A stretch of 64,000 nt of DNA, taken from NCBI GenBank assembly GCA_951406725.2, contig OX597840.1, forward strand, positions 28,644,001 through 28,708,000. The letters run 5' to 3'. Of the stretch, positions 1 to 14,144 are shown in pieces. Position 1 is the first letter of the stretch, and each line of letters begins with the position of its first letter. The translations under genes were made by a program, and so were the position numbers. This DNA is from Octopus vulgaris (lineage: Eukaryota). The notes beneath the pieces were generated by a model. It saw only the letters and a list, made by a program, of their open reading frames with translations. It had not been told where the DNA came from and made no database searches.

Positions 1-299
1 CATATTTATTCATTCTTAATACATTCTGGCATATTCGAACGTGAACAGGTGAATCGATGTTTATTTCGTCTGTGGAAAAACATCACCTTCCTTTCAACGA
101 TGCGTCTTCATAAAATTCCATACGTTGGCGTAAGGGCACTTTCAGATACTGCGGTGCTTCGACCTCGCTTTGTAAGTTTTCAGTGAAAACTATCCCCCGG
201 ATCAAAGAACTAAAGGAAAAAATCAGAGACATCTTCTCTCATTAGGCGATAAATATTCCTAATATTTTTGTTCTCTTTTGCTGTTCTAAAACCTTTCAG

Positions 300-445
300 G
301 TGATGTCATTAGATGGGAGCAACAGGTACGGTTACGGCACATGACCACACGTAAATATTTGTGCATCGACGCTGCCAGAGAAATATCATTAACAGACGAC
401 AACGAAGATCCAAGAACAGTTTTTCGTTTGCATTCAGTCCTCAGT
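300..445 (+). CDS. ITPR: IP3R-like exon 1 in window (MIR domain): xDVIRWEQQVRLRHMTTRKYLCIDAAREISLTDDNEDPRTVFRLHSVLS
   Basis: ctttcag acceptor, gtaagt donor at 446; 2+144 nt; MIR W..R.RH..T..YL pattern. Confidence 0.9.
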
Positions 446-650
446 GTAAGTAGTTCCACCGTCATTCTTTCATGTCGTCTGCTCCTAATTTAAGTACTTC
501 CACCATTATTCTTTCATGTCGTCTGCTCCTGACTTTCGTAAAATCAGGATGTCATCTGCTTTAATCATTTCACGCCAAATATTCTTCTTTCTTTCTCCAC
601 ATTCTCTCCTTCTCTTACACCATCTCACCCTCTCTCTTTCCCTTTCTCTC

Positions 651-701
<51 letters not shown>

Positions 702-706
702 ACTTT

Positions 707-740
<34 letters not shown>

Positions 741-850
741 CTTTCTATTTATCTAGTTATCCCCTTTCTGGCTCATCTCTCTCTCCCTCACACACACACT
801 ATAGATATATATATATATGTGCGTATATATACATATGCACATATATATAC

Positions 851-912
<62 letters not shown>

Positions 913-933
913 GTATACATGCATACATATATG

Positions 934-980
<47 letters not shown>

Positions 981-1035
981 ATACCTATATATATACATAA
1001 ATATATATATATATATATATATGATAGCATTTTTC

Positions 1036-1115
1036 CGATGGCCGGATAACTGAAGAGATGGCGGCGTGGATTTCCACCTCGGCATCCGAAACTCGGAGTT
1101 TTACCATGGCTACCG
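1036..1115 (+). ncRNA. Type I hammerhead ribozyme candidate (intron 1)
   Basis: CTGAAGA 1050-1056; stem II GATG..GTGGA/TCCAC..CATC; GAAA 1088-1091; palindromic stem III ACTC-G-GAGT; GTT triplet 1098-1100; bulged stem I GCCGGATAA/TTACC..GGC. Confidence 0.6.
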
Positions 1116-1134
1116 AATAATTGTCACATATTAC

Positions 1135-1174
<40 letters not shown>

Positions 1175-1208
1175 ACACGCACACACATACATACATACAT
1201 ATATATAT

Positions 1209-1256
<48 letters not shown>

Positions 1257-2001
1257 GCATATATGGGTATAGGATGTCACCAATGGTGCAAATAACATTA
1301 AATGTGTAAACAAACGTGTGTTAGATACGTAAACAACGAGGAAAAATGGAAAACAGGACAAGTAAACATAGAGAACGGACCCTTCATCAGTTGTCGGATG
1401 TCTGTCTACTCCTCATTTCGAGCATTCAACGATAATATGAGTCTTCAAAGACAGTTGCTCCCGTAAATACTAAAATAAAATTTAGGATTTATGAAGGGTC
1501 AAATTTGGGAACAAAATGACAGTGGAGACATACAAGTAAACCGAAGGAAAACAAACATGGGGGGTCGTTAAACTAGAACGAGAGGAAAATAGTGAATAGA
1601 TTTTTTAATTTTTTTAAAGGATAAAAGGGAGATGTGAGAGAGAAAAAATCACGTCTGTTCTTTTGAATGTCCGTGCAGGAAAAGGAAGATGGTCACATGA
1701 GGAAAAGAATGATGGACGATGGTCACGTATGAGCAACGTGAGAGATAGACAAAAGGAGAAAGCGGGGAGAGAGAGAGAGAGAGAAATTGTTTTAGAGGAT
1801 ATGTTGACCTCATAAAGGGATGGTTACACTCAAGAAAATACTGGTCCTATATCAAGCATTTTGGAGAAATGAAATTTCCTTAAATAAATGGGTATATATT
1901 AAGCATATAATTAAATTCACTGAACATAAATTATGTGTGTTTGTTTGTGTTTGTGTGAGTGTGCGCATAACCCTTCTCCCTCTCTCTCTCTCTCTCTTTC
2001 T

Positions 2002-2109
<108 letters not shown>

Positions 2110-2144
2110 TCTCTCTCTTCTCTCTCTCTCTCTCTCTTCTCTCT

Positions 2145-2238
<94 letters not shown>

Positions 2239-2662
2239 TACGCGCACTCTATCTCCCTTTCTATATGCCTAAGATGCTGTTGTTGCTACTGTCGCTGTGT
2301 AACATCATCAGCTCAATTCCTGATGAAGCAGAGGAATTAAATTAAAGACATTCCATCCGTAACCATCCAGTATGTTTGTAAACCAGAAAAGCAGGCAATA
2401 CACTATCCAATGCTTCCTTCATGTTTTCAACCTTATGTTGTAAAAAGAGGGAAACAGGGCTGCTATTTCTAGCACTCGCCAGCTGGCTCCTACCTGTCTG
2501 CCTATTTACATTACACTGCTTTTCTTCTTTTTTTTCTTTCTTCTACGTCACACACCTTTATATATACATACAGGGGTTTCTGTACGTGCGCGTGTGTGAT
2601 ATATATATATATATATATATATGTGTGTATGTGTGTGTGTGTGTATGTATGTATGTAGCTAG

Positions 2663-2697
<35 letters not shown>

Positions 2698-2746
2698 TAT
2701 ATATATATATATACACATAGACATATATACAAACACACACATACAC

Positions 2747-2781
<35 letters not shown>

Positions 2782-3081
2782 AATATATACACACACATGT
2801 ATATAAATACATACGCATATATCTATATATACATTAAATGTAAGTACATATATACATGCTTATAGATATATATATATTAATGCATTCACCCGTATAATGT
2901 ACTTTTTTGTGAATGTATATACATATATATATATACATACAAATATATATATATATATATATAAATGCATATATATAGATATTTATATAAATATAAAATA
3001 TATATACATGTGCGTGAAAGCCCATATGTGCATGCATTCACATACACATAATATACACATAGATACACACATATTCTCACT

Positions 3082-3164
<83 letters not shown>

Positions 3165-3366
3165 CCTGCGGCCCCACATCCATACATATATGAACATTGC
3201 TGTCATCTGTGAGCGAGAAAAAGTCACTTAGTGTAAAGCCTACTTTGGTTACAACTATTTCAGGAACGAAATTACGAATTGCACCCACTGCCCTGTCCCT
3301 TGCCTCACCCCTTTCCCACTCCCTCATTCTACATGCCGTCTGTCTAATTTATCACCTACACACACG

Positions 3367-3402
<36 letters not shown>

Positions 3403-3523
3403 CACATGTATTTATACACATATACTCAAGCACAAACACGAAGGGAGCTGCTCAAAAATTCAGCCTTACGCACCTAAATGTGAAGCTGAGTCTTGCATGC
3501 CTCTCCCAATAACTAAATGACGG

Positions 3524-4110
3524 TAAGGCGGCGAGCTGGCAGAAACGTTAGCACGCTGGACGAAATGCTTACCGGCATTTCGTATGTCTTTACGTTCTGA
3601 GTTCAAATTCCGTCGAGGTCGACTTTATCTTTCATCCTTTCGGGGTCGATTAGATTAAGTACCAGTTACGCACTGAGGTCGATGTTATCGACTTAATCCG
3701 TTTGTCTGTCTTTGTTTGTCCCCTCTGTGTTTAGCCCCTTGTGGGTAGTAAAGAAATAGGTATTTCGTCTACCGCTACGTTCTGAGTTCAAATTCCGCCA
3801 AGGTCGACTTTGCCTTTCATCCTTTCGGGGTCAATAAATTAAGTACCAATTACACACTGGTGTCGATGTAATCGACTTAAACCCTTGTCTGTCCTTGTTT
3901 GTCCCCGCTATGTTTAGCCCCTTGTGAGCAATAAAGAAATAAGAAACGTTAGCACGCCGGGCGAAATGCGTAGCCGTATTTCGTCTGCCGTTACGTTCTG
4001 AGTTCAAATTCCGCCGAGGTCGACTTTGTCTTTCATCCTTTCGGGGTCGATAAATTAAATACCAGTTGTATACTGGAGTCGATCTAATCGACTGGCAGCC
4101 TCCCCCAAAA
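3524..4110 (+). mobile_element. SINE family B (Nin/Deu-like core GCCTTTCATCCTTTCGGGGTCGATAAA) with internal triplication
   Basis: Head AAGGCGGCGAGCTGGCAGAAACGTTAG; core repeated three times. Other copies at 16500-16715, 17094-17285, 25580-25792(-), 26150-26327(-), 35265-35690. Confidence 0.8.
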
Positions 4111-4117
4111 TTTCGGT

Positions 4118-5460
<1,343 letters not shown>

Positions 5461-5590
5461 TCTGGAGGAGGAGGCTTCCTCCTAGGGTTAAAAACGAGAG
5501 TAACGTTGGTTCCTACAGAACAGCCATATTAGATATGGCGATAATCAAAATTGATTAAATGATAATTTAACTTTTCTATTTCTTTTACAG

Positions 5591-5669
5591 GAGAGGGATG
5601 AAATCCGTTTCGAGAGCTATGCCCGTATCGAACACGTATTGACGGGGTTTTGGCTACACGCACTTAAAG
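5591..5669 (+). CDS. ITPR: IP3R-like exon 2: ERDEIRFESYARIEHVLTGFWLHALK
   Basis: ttttacag acceptor, gttaga donor; phase 0 to 1; MIR motif SY.R.EH..TG.WLH. Confidence 0.9.
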
Positions 5670-5756
5670 GTTAGATACGCTTTTATTCTGGAAGGGGCTT
5701 TTCGGTGTGTGTGGGGCGGTGTAATTTATTTCAAATTATTGGATATTGTTGTTATT

Positions 5757-7023
5757 CTTCTTTTTTCTTTTTCTTCCTCTTCTTCTTTTCATACTTTTCC
5801 TTCATCTTTTTCACTTTCTTATCATTTTCTTCTTTTCTTCTTTTTCATTCTTCTTTTTCTTCATTTTCTTATTTCCCTTATTTTCTTCTTCTTCTTTCTC
5901 TTCTTTTCTTTCTTCTTTTCTTCTTTTTCTTCGTCACCTTTGTCCTCTTCATCTTTTTCATTTTCTTGTTATCATTTTTTTCTCCTTCTTTTTCTTCTTC
6001 TTCAGTCTTCTTTTTCTTCATTTTCTTCTTATTTCCCTTATTTTCTTCTTCTTCTTTCTCTTCATCTTCTTTTCTTTCTTCTTTTCTTCTTTTTCTTCAT
6101 CACCTTTGTCCTCTTCATCTTTTTCATTTTCTTTTTATCATTTTTTCTTCTTCTTCATCATCCTCCGCCTCTTTTTTCTCCTTCTTCCTCTTCTTCTTTT
6201 CGTTATTTTTTCTTCCTTTTTTTTTCCTTCTGTTTTATTTCATCATTCTCTTATTTTCTTATTTTTCTTCATCTTCTTCTTCCCCTTCTTCTTTTCCTTC
6301 TTCTTTTCTTTCTTCTTTTTCTTCTTCACCTTTTCCTTGTTTTTCTTCATTTTCTTCTTTTCCTATTTCCTTTTTTTTCTTCTTTTTTTCCATAATGTAA
6401 TGATTGTTGTAATTGTTGTTGTAATTGTTGTTGTTGTTGTTGTTGTTATTAACGTTTCGGGGTTTACTGTTGTCATCATTCTTCGTGTTCCTGTTTTTGT
6501 TATTTGTTTTTATATTTGTTGTAGTCTTTGTAGTGATTTCTCGTATTTTTGTTGCTCTTATTAATGATGATGACGATGATGATGGTGATGATGGTGGTGA
6601 CGACGACAATGATGATGGTGGTAATGTTAATGGTGACGGCGATGGTGAAGATGGTAGTGATGGAAACGACCATAGTGATGATGGTAACTATGATGATGAT
6701 GATGATGGGATGAAGAGGAAGAGGACAATGATGTAGATGACGATGGTGATGGTGATATTTGTGATGATGATAATGATGAGGATGATGATGAAGATGATGA
6801 TGTTGATGATGACGACGATGACGATGATGATGACGATGACGATGATGACGACGATGATAATGATAATAATGTTGATGATGACGACGATGACGATGATGAT
6901 GACGATGACGATGATGACGACGATGATAATGATAATAATGTTGATGATGACGATGATGATGATGATGATGACGACGACGACGACGACGACGACGATGATG
7001 ATGATGATGATGATGATGACGAC

Positions 7024-7058
<35 letters not shown>

Positions 7059-7138
7059 CGACGACGATGATGATGATGATGATGATGATGACGACGACGA
7101 CGATGATGATGATGATGATGATGATGATGACGATGATA

Positions 7139-7187
<49 letters not shown>

Positions 7188-7194
7188 CGACGAC

Positions 7195-7232
<38 letters not shown>

Positions 7233-7282
7233 CGACGACGACGACGTTGATGATGATGATGATGATGATGATGACGATGATA

Positions 7283-7332
<50 letters not shown>

Positions 7333-7386
7333 GATGATGAGGATGATGATGATTATGATGATGACTAGATTGTGATGATGATGATG
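5757..7386. repeat. Compound (TTC)n / (GTT)n / (GAT,GAC)n low-complexity tract
   Basis: Directly visible; about 159-bp internal duplication in the TTC part. Confidence 0.95.
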
Positions 7387-8216
7387 CTTTGCACAATGTC
7401 AGCTCTGATCCAGCACACATACATATGACTGAGGACATTTCAACCATGACCACTCCATCTCTTTTAACCCCCCAGATCAACTTTGACCTAGTAAACTTAT
7501 AATCAAAGGTGTTTCTTCGTTATATAATTTGTCCTTCGGGAAGGTACGAATTCGCTTAGATTTGGCTGTTATTTCTCGACTATAGAACTTTACTTTCTGA
7601 AAAGCTCTTTAAGCGGGAGTTTCCAAGTTTCTTAGGTTAATTCCACCAGTAAAAAGAAAAACCCAAAAAAAACAGAGAAACCCCCTAAACGTTACTGTTT
7701 CGTGTCCTGGGGCTCATCGGGGCAGACACCTGGTTTCTATGGCGTATAAGTGACCGAGATCGCAACAACACTCCTGAACGGGAGACTCGTTTACAGCTAA
7801 GGAGACTGGAACAACATAAAGTGAAGCGTTTTTGTTTTTTTTTTGTTTTTTATTTTGTTTTTTTTGTTTTTTTTTGCTTAAGAACACAATGTTCGGTTCG
7901 TCGGGAATTGAAACCACAATCTTGCGATCATAAGTGCGTAGGACCCTAAACACTAAATTCTCAATAATTTCATCTGAGAATCGTTAAAAGAAATATTTCT
8001 CAAAACTAAAACAAACAAAAAATTGAAGGAAAAATTTCAATTTTTTTTTTGTTTTTTAAAAAAATTGAAGGAAAAATTTGAATTTTTTCTTGTTTTTTTT
8101 TTTTTAAATTGAAGGAAAAATTTGAATTTTTCTTTTGTTTTTTTTTTTTAAATTGAAGGAAAAATTTGAATTTTTTTTTTTTTGGTTTTTTTTAATTTTT
8201 CAATTTTTATTTTCAG

Positions 8217-8305
8217 ATGAAGATTATATCAGGAAACAGTTTCGATGTGCAGACAGTGAACAAGGGATGCGAGGTGTGCGTTGGGACGGTGCTCAAGTCC
8301 GACAG
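8217..8305 (+). CDS. ITPR: IP3R-like exon 3: DEDYIRKQFRCADSEQGMRGVRWDGAQVRQ
   Basis: ttttcag acceptor, gtact donor; phase 1 to 0 bridges exons 2 and 4 exactly. Confidence 0.85.
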
Positions 8306-8306
8306 G

Positions 8307-8531
8307 TACTCTTACTCTCTCTCTTTTACTCTTTTACTTGTTTCAGTCATTTGACTGCGGCCATGCTGGAGCACCGCCTTTAGTCGAGCAAATCGACCCC
8401 GGGACTTATTCTTTTTCTAAGCCCAGTACTTATTCTATCGGTCTCTTTTGCCGAACCGCTAAGTGACGGGGACGTAAACACACCAGCATCGGTTGTCAAG
8501 CAATGGTAGGGGGACAAACACAGACACACAA

Positions 8532-8562
<31 letters not shown>

Positions 8563-8732
8563 CATATATACGACGGGCTTCTTTCAGTTTCTGTCTACCA
8601 AATCCACTCACAAGGCTTTGGTCGGCCCGGGGCTATAGTAGAAGACACTTGCCCAAGATGCCACGCAGTGGGACTGAACCCGGAACCATGTAGTTGGTTA
8701 GCAAGCTACTTACCACACAGCCACTCCTGCGC
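8307..8732 (-). mobile_element. Full SINE family A abutting the exon 3 donor
   Basis: Tail begins within a few nt of GT 8306; an inverted 3' half follows at 8745-9000. Confidence 0.85.
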
Positions 8733-8743
8733 ATTTTTTTCTT

Positions 8744-8783
<40 letters not shown>

Positions 8784-9367
8784 TTGTGTGTCTGTGTTTT
8801 TCCCCCTACCATCACTTCACAACTGATGCTGGCGTGTTTACGTCCCCGTAACTTAACGGTTCGGCAAAAAAAGTGACCGATAGAATAAGTACTAGGCTTA
8901 CAAGGAATAAGTCCCTGAGGCCGATTTGTTTGACTAAAGAGACGCTGCTCCAGCATGGCCGCAGTCAAATGACTGAAACAAGTAAAAGAATTAAAGAATT
9001 ATGATTCGATCGACTTTACCTCGAATGTCCTTCTGCTAGGAATCACTCTTCCGCATTGGAAATATTGTACCGTCAATGGCTGGCCAGCATTTTGAACAAT
9101 GTGAACTGTCATTTCCAGTACGAACTACAAGTCTAGCTCTCTGTCGAGACATTATTTAGGCAACCAGCTATGACATTCAACCAACTCGAACAGTATGTTC
9201 TCTAAAATATGTTCCGCTTGGTTCCAGATCGAAAAATATGTTTGTATGAAGATCAAACAATTGGTAATAATTGTCTCGAGAGGAATAGATTTTTATTTTT
9301 TATTTTTTGATATTTATGGTGAAACGAGAAAATCTTGAACTTTTTTGATTAACCCAAATTTGGTTTC

Positions 9368-9438
9368 TATTTGGTTGTCCGGAAAGTTCGTGCCAATTTA
9401 TAGTAGCTTATATTTCGACTTATTTTAGAACGAGGCTG
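9368..9438 (+). mobile_element. Solo left-end fragment of the same mariner
   Basis: About 70-bp near match to 9739-9809. Confidence 0.8.
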
Positions 9439-9740
9439 CCATACATACGCATGCCATACATAAGCGTAGAAACGTATACACACGTTAACACTCGGATGAC
9501 TCATAGATTCATCCCTATGTTTACACTCAGTTATCAGTTCACCAATCCTAAGCCAGCAATCTACCAACAATCAAGCAGTAATCTATCAATTTTCATACAA
9601 TCTACAGTCGTGGTCAAAAGTTTGGAATACAGGTCTAAAGAATTTTTATATTAAATACCCAAAATTATATTTAATTTGCAATATATTATTTCTTGGCCAA
9701 ATGTTTGGAACATACCAATTGGCCGGGTATTAGGTAAGTA

Positions 9741-10305
9741 TTGGGTTGCTCGGAAAGTTCGTGCCGATTTATAGCAGCTTATATTTCGACTTATTTTAGA
9801 ACGTGGCTGAGTCCATAAAATAGGATTTGACTACACCTCCATTTAGAGCACTGTTTAAGCTAACTTTTCGTGGAAGAAGGTTTATGTTCCTATAACCTGT
9901 GCTAATTCTGTAACCCTTTAAAATGGAAGATAAGAAAGTTCATTTTCGGCACTTGATGCTTTGGGAACCAGACAAAAATTGCTGCAGCTCGGCTGGGATG
10001 TGTTATCCGCCCTCCATATTCACCAGATATTGCTCCTTCGGATTTCCACTTATTCAAGTCTCTGCAGAATAGTCTTAATGGTAAAAATTTCAATTCCTTG
10101 GATGACGTAAAAAGATACCTTGATGAATTGTTTGCCATGAAACCACCTCAATTCTGGGAAGAGGGTATTTTCAAGTTAAATGAAAGATGGAGACGCATTG
10201 TGCAACAAAATGGTTCATATTTGGTTGATTAAAAATGTAATGGCAAGTATTTATTGACCTTTTTCTTTCCTTTAAAAATCGGCACGAACTTTCCGGACAA
10301 CCCAA
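9741..10305 (+). mobile_element. Internally deleted mariner DNA transposon (mellifera-like)
   Basis: 30-bp TIRs 9741-9770 and 10276-10305 flanked by TA. N-terminus MEDKKVHFRHLMLWE (ATG 9923) is joined to TRQKLLQLGWDVL..PYSPDIAPSDFHLFKSLQNSL...WRRIVQQNGSYLVD* (stop 10230-10232). Confidence 0.93.
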
Positions 10306-10316
10306 TAATTTCGAAA

Positions 10317-10626
10317 TCTTTATATATAAAACTGAAGTTGTGTGTGTGAGAGTCTGTCTCCTCCGATTTAGATTCCTAACTACTCCCACATTTTGCGGTG
10401 CAGTTTAACCAAAAGCGGGCATCTTATAGTCGTGATTCATATCGAGCCCTCCTGGGTATCAGTGCGCGTCTACGATGAGTCTACGATTCAAAAAAAAAAT
10501 TTACCATCATTTTTTCGTTTTTTTAATGCATTTTTTGCTCGGTTTATATAAGGGAAGTAACTCTCTAAAAGTCCTTATATAGTTATTTCTCTTACAAACC
10601 CGAGCAACGCCGGGCAATACTGCTAG
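10317..10626 (+). mobile_element. Non-autonomous Helitron
   Basis: A|TC 5' end; subterminal hairpin CCCGAGCAACGCCGGG (10599-10614); CTAG|T 3' end; no TSD. Confidence 0.85.
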
Positions 10627-10670
10627 TTTTAAATAAACGCTTGTTAATTTTATTTTGTTGTGTGTTGCAG

Positions 10671-10796
10671 GTTGCTGCCAGTGGGGAGAGTATGTACGAT
10701 GACGCTTTTACAATACACATGGTGGAATTAGAAAATGAAGATGAATTTAACTTTGTGGCTGGCATGGTACCCTTCTTGCTCAATCTCATTAAAGAC
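10671..10796 (+). CDS. ITPR: IP3R-like exon 4: VAASGESMYDDAFTIHMVELENEDEFNFVAGMVPFLLNLIKD
   Basis: ttgcag acceptor, gtgagt donor; 126 nt, phase 0/0; resembles the end of the IP3R beta-trefoil (DAF.I..V). Confidence 0.9.
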
Positions 10797-10799
10797 GTG

Positions 10800-11190
10800 A
10801 GTAAAATTTGACTTGTGTTCTGTGGTCGTAAGATAATCTGAATGAAACGAGATCTGAGTTTGATGACATAAGAGAACGTGAGTTGGACGTGACTTCAATC
10901 CGGTGACGTAAAATACTTGAATACGACGAAACTTCGGTTTGATGACGTAATGGAATCTGTGAGAAACAAGATTTCAGTGTGGTGATGTTACGCATGCGTG
11001 AAACGAGATTTCGATTCGATGGTGTAATATTATGTTAGTTAAACGAGACTTTAGTATGGTGATATTACGCATGTGTGAAACGAGATTTCGATTCGATGGT
11101 GTAATATTATGCTAGTTAAACGAGACTTCAGTATGGTGATATTACGCATGCGTGAAACGAGATTTCGATTCGATGGTGTAATATTATTTT
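10800..11190. repeat. Minisatellite: about 39-bp subunits forming about 78-bp higher-order units
   Basis: GAAACGAGATTTCGATTCGATGGTGTAATATTAT three times, plus degenerate upstream units. Confidence 0.85.
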
Positions 11191-11318
11191 ACTTGGAAAC
11201 AGATAAGGGTTGACAACAGAAAGAGAATCCAGCCGTAGAAAATTTGCCCCAATAAACTCCGTCCGACCCGTGCAGGCACGGAAAAGTGGTCGTCGTTGAA
11301 ACGATGACGACGACGATG

Positions 11319-11370
<52 letters not shown>

Positions 11371-11631
11371 CGATGACGATGACGATGAGGAGGAGGAGAA
11401 GGAGGATGGCGATGATGATGATGATGATGATGACGGTAATGATGATGATGAAGATGATGATGATGAGGAGGAGGAGGAGGAAGAGGAGTATGGCGATGAT
11501 GATGATGATGATGATGACGGTAATGATGATGATGATGATGACGATGATGATGATGATGGTGATGATGATGATGATGATGGCGATAATGATGGTGATGGCG
11601 ATGATGATGGCGATGGCGATGGCGATGATGT

Positions 11632-11681
<50 letters not shown>

Positions 11682-11961
11682 GGAAGGCAGGCAGGCAGGC
11701 AGGCAGGCTGGCAGGCAGGCAGGCTGGCAGGCAGGCTGGCAGATGTGACGATAAAAATGTGAGAAGTCTGCGTAGCATTAAAATTGCATTATGAAACTAA
11801 TGAACTCTAAATTAAAGACAGCAGAGAAGAGATAAGTTTTAACAAATGTTATATTAAAACAATAAACTCTTAAAAGGAACCGAAAATGCTTACATGATTT
11901 AGGCCGCCATAATTATAGCGCCTACTAGCTACATTAAATCTGATAACACTGTCTTCTCTCA

Positions 11962-12059
<98 letters not shown>

Positions 12060-12060
12060 C

Positions 12061-12093
<33 letters not shown>

Positions 12094-12213
12094 CATATAT
12101 ACATATATATGTATATATATATGTACATGCATATATATATATACATACATATATATATACATATATATACATATGTGTGTGATATATACATATATATATA
12201 TAATATATGTATA

Positions 12214-12263
<50 letters not shown>

Positions 12264-12277
12264 TATATGTGTGTGTG

Positions 12278-12360
<83 letters not shown>

Positions 12361-12476
12361 ATATATATATATATGTGTATGTATGTATGTATGTATGTAT
12401 ATATGCTTTTTTTTCGAGTAGATGATGAATCATTCTTTAAAATACTAAATTATTTTTCTGAGAAAATTATAACCGG

Positions 12477-12756
12477 TACTCCGTCGGTTACGACGACGAG
12501 GGTTCCAGTTGATCCGATCAACGGAACAGACACGTGTGCCCTTAACGTAGTTCTCAGGGAGATTCAGCGTGACACAGAGTGGGAGCGAGGCCGGCCCTTT
12601 GAAATACAGGTACTACTCATTTTTTGCCAGCTGTGTGGACTGGAGCAATGTGAAATAAAGTGTTTTGCTCAAGGACATAACGCGTTGCCGTGAATTGAAC
12701 TCACGGCCTAGCGATCGTGAGCCGAATACCCTAACCACTCAGCCACGCGCCTTCAC
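12477..12756 (-). mobile_element. SINE family C (tRNA-derived, GTCGTAACCGACGGAGT tail)
   Basis: Shares head and/or tail with 18437-18805, 22905-23463 and 37070-37320. Confidence 0.75.
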
Positions 12757-13486
12757 TGAGAGAACTATATACCAGTCATAAATCTTCACTCGCACGAGGA
12801 CAGCGAGACTTACATAATTATTATTAATAAGTTCTGGCAGATTTGAACACGAAAATGCTAATCGCTGTCGTGTTCCGTCACAAGAGATCAGCTCTTGCTT
12901 TACGACGAATCTGTTCCCACAATGTACTCGATTCATCAGTATTCAAAGGGATTCAAAGGGATCGAGTGGATTATGAACACATAATCGCCATATAAAGGAG
13001 AAACTGTTTGCCTGAGACTAACACAAAAGCGATAAGCTTTTTCACGTTCAAATCTACCAGAATGTCTTAAAAATAAATATGTAAGAAAACGGTTTGATAT
13101 TCTCGCTGTTCACCGAGAATACGATGACTTATTAACGGTCGGCAGATATTAGCGTGGATCAGCGAACTGTTGATGCGCTGAAACTACAAACAAGACCATC
13201 GGCCCTTGTCAAATTCATTGATCAGCGTACGTCTACCTGACGAAACACGTGTCGATACACGCGTGGTCCCAGAGTCCCTTGCAGCAATGAATCGATTGTC
13301 TTACAAGCACCTAGTTGTGACAAAAGGAGAAACTTTCTCCTGTGACGAAACACAGCAGCGATTGGCATACTCGTGTTCGAATCTGCCTGAACGTATTAAG
13401 AGTAACTATACATGTCTTTGTATATATCTATAATATATTCTCTTAAGGAATTTGGTAAAACATATATATATATGTCTCTTTCACAG

Positions 13487-13537
13487 AGGAATGATGGCCA
13501 TTTTCTGAATTCTAAAAAGACACACGCAGTATTATCA
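13487..13537 (+). CDS. ITPR: IP3R-like exon 5 (51 nt): RNDGHFLNSKKTHAVLS
   Basis: tctttcacag acceptor, gtaagt donor; phase 0/0; fits between flanking helices. Confidence 0.75.
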
Positions 13538-13851
13538 GTAAGTAACGACATTTCTTTTTACATCAATAAATCCGCCATTTTGTGAATTGTTTCCTCATTT
13601 TACTGAGTTTTAATTTCGTCTTTTTCTTCCTTTCATCTAATGTTTATATTTGTTTGTTTTTGCATTGTTTTACTGGCTTCAGTCATTCGCGTGACAGAGG
13701 CCATGCTGGAGCATTGCTTTAAAGAGTTTATCGTCAAAAAATTGTCGCTCCAATGTATAGTAAATTCCTATTTCAATCCAATATACATTTTATTAGAAAT
13801 ATTAAATTTCTAAATCTCTCATAGAAATATGTACGGTGGTGGGGCGATAGA

Positions 13852-14144
13852 ATGGTTTTATACTGTCAATCTAACGTGAACGTGACAGTAGGGGGTTACA
13901 CCACCGCTGTTTAGCCCTAGGAAGCATTGACGCTTCCTGCTGGCTTCGACACAATTTTCCTGTGTCCTTATATACATTATATACTTATATACTTATATAC
14001 ATTGTCTCCCCTTCGTAAATGTATATAAGGACACAGGAAAAATGTGTCGAAGCCAGCAGGAAGCGTCGATGCTTCCTAGGGCTAAACAGCGGTGGTGTAA
14101 CCCCCTACTGTCACGTTCACGTTAGATTGACAGTATACAACCAT
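13852..14144. mobile_element. Foldback/MITE: near-perfect 127-bp inverted arms with 39-bp spacer
   Basis: 13852-13978 is the reverse complement of 14018-14144 with few mismatches. Confidence 0.85.
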
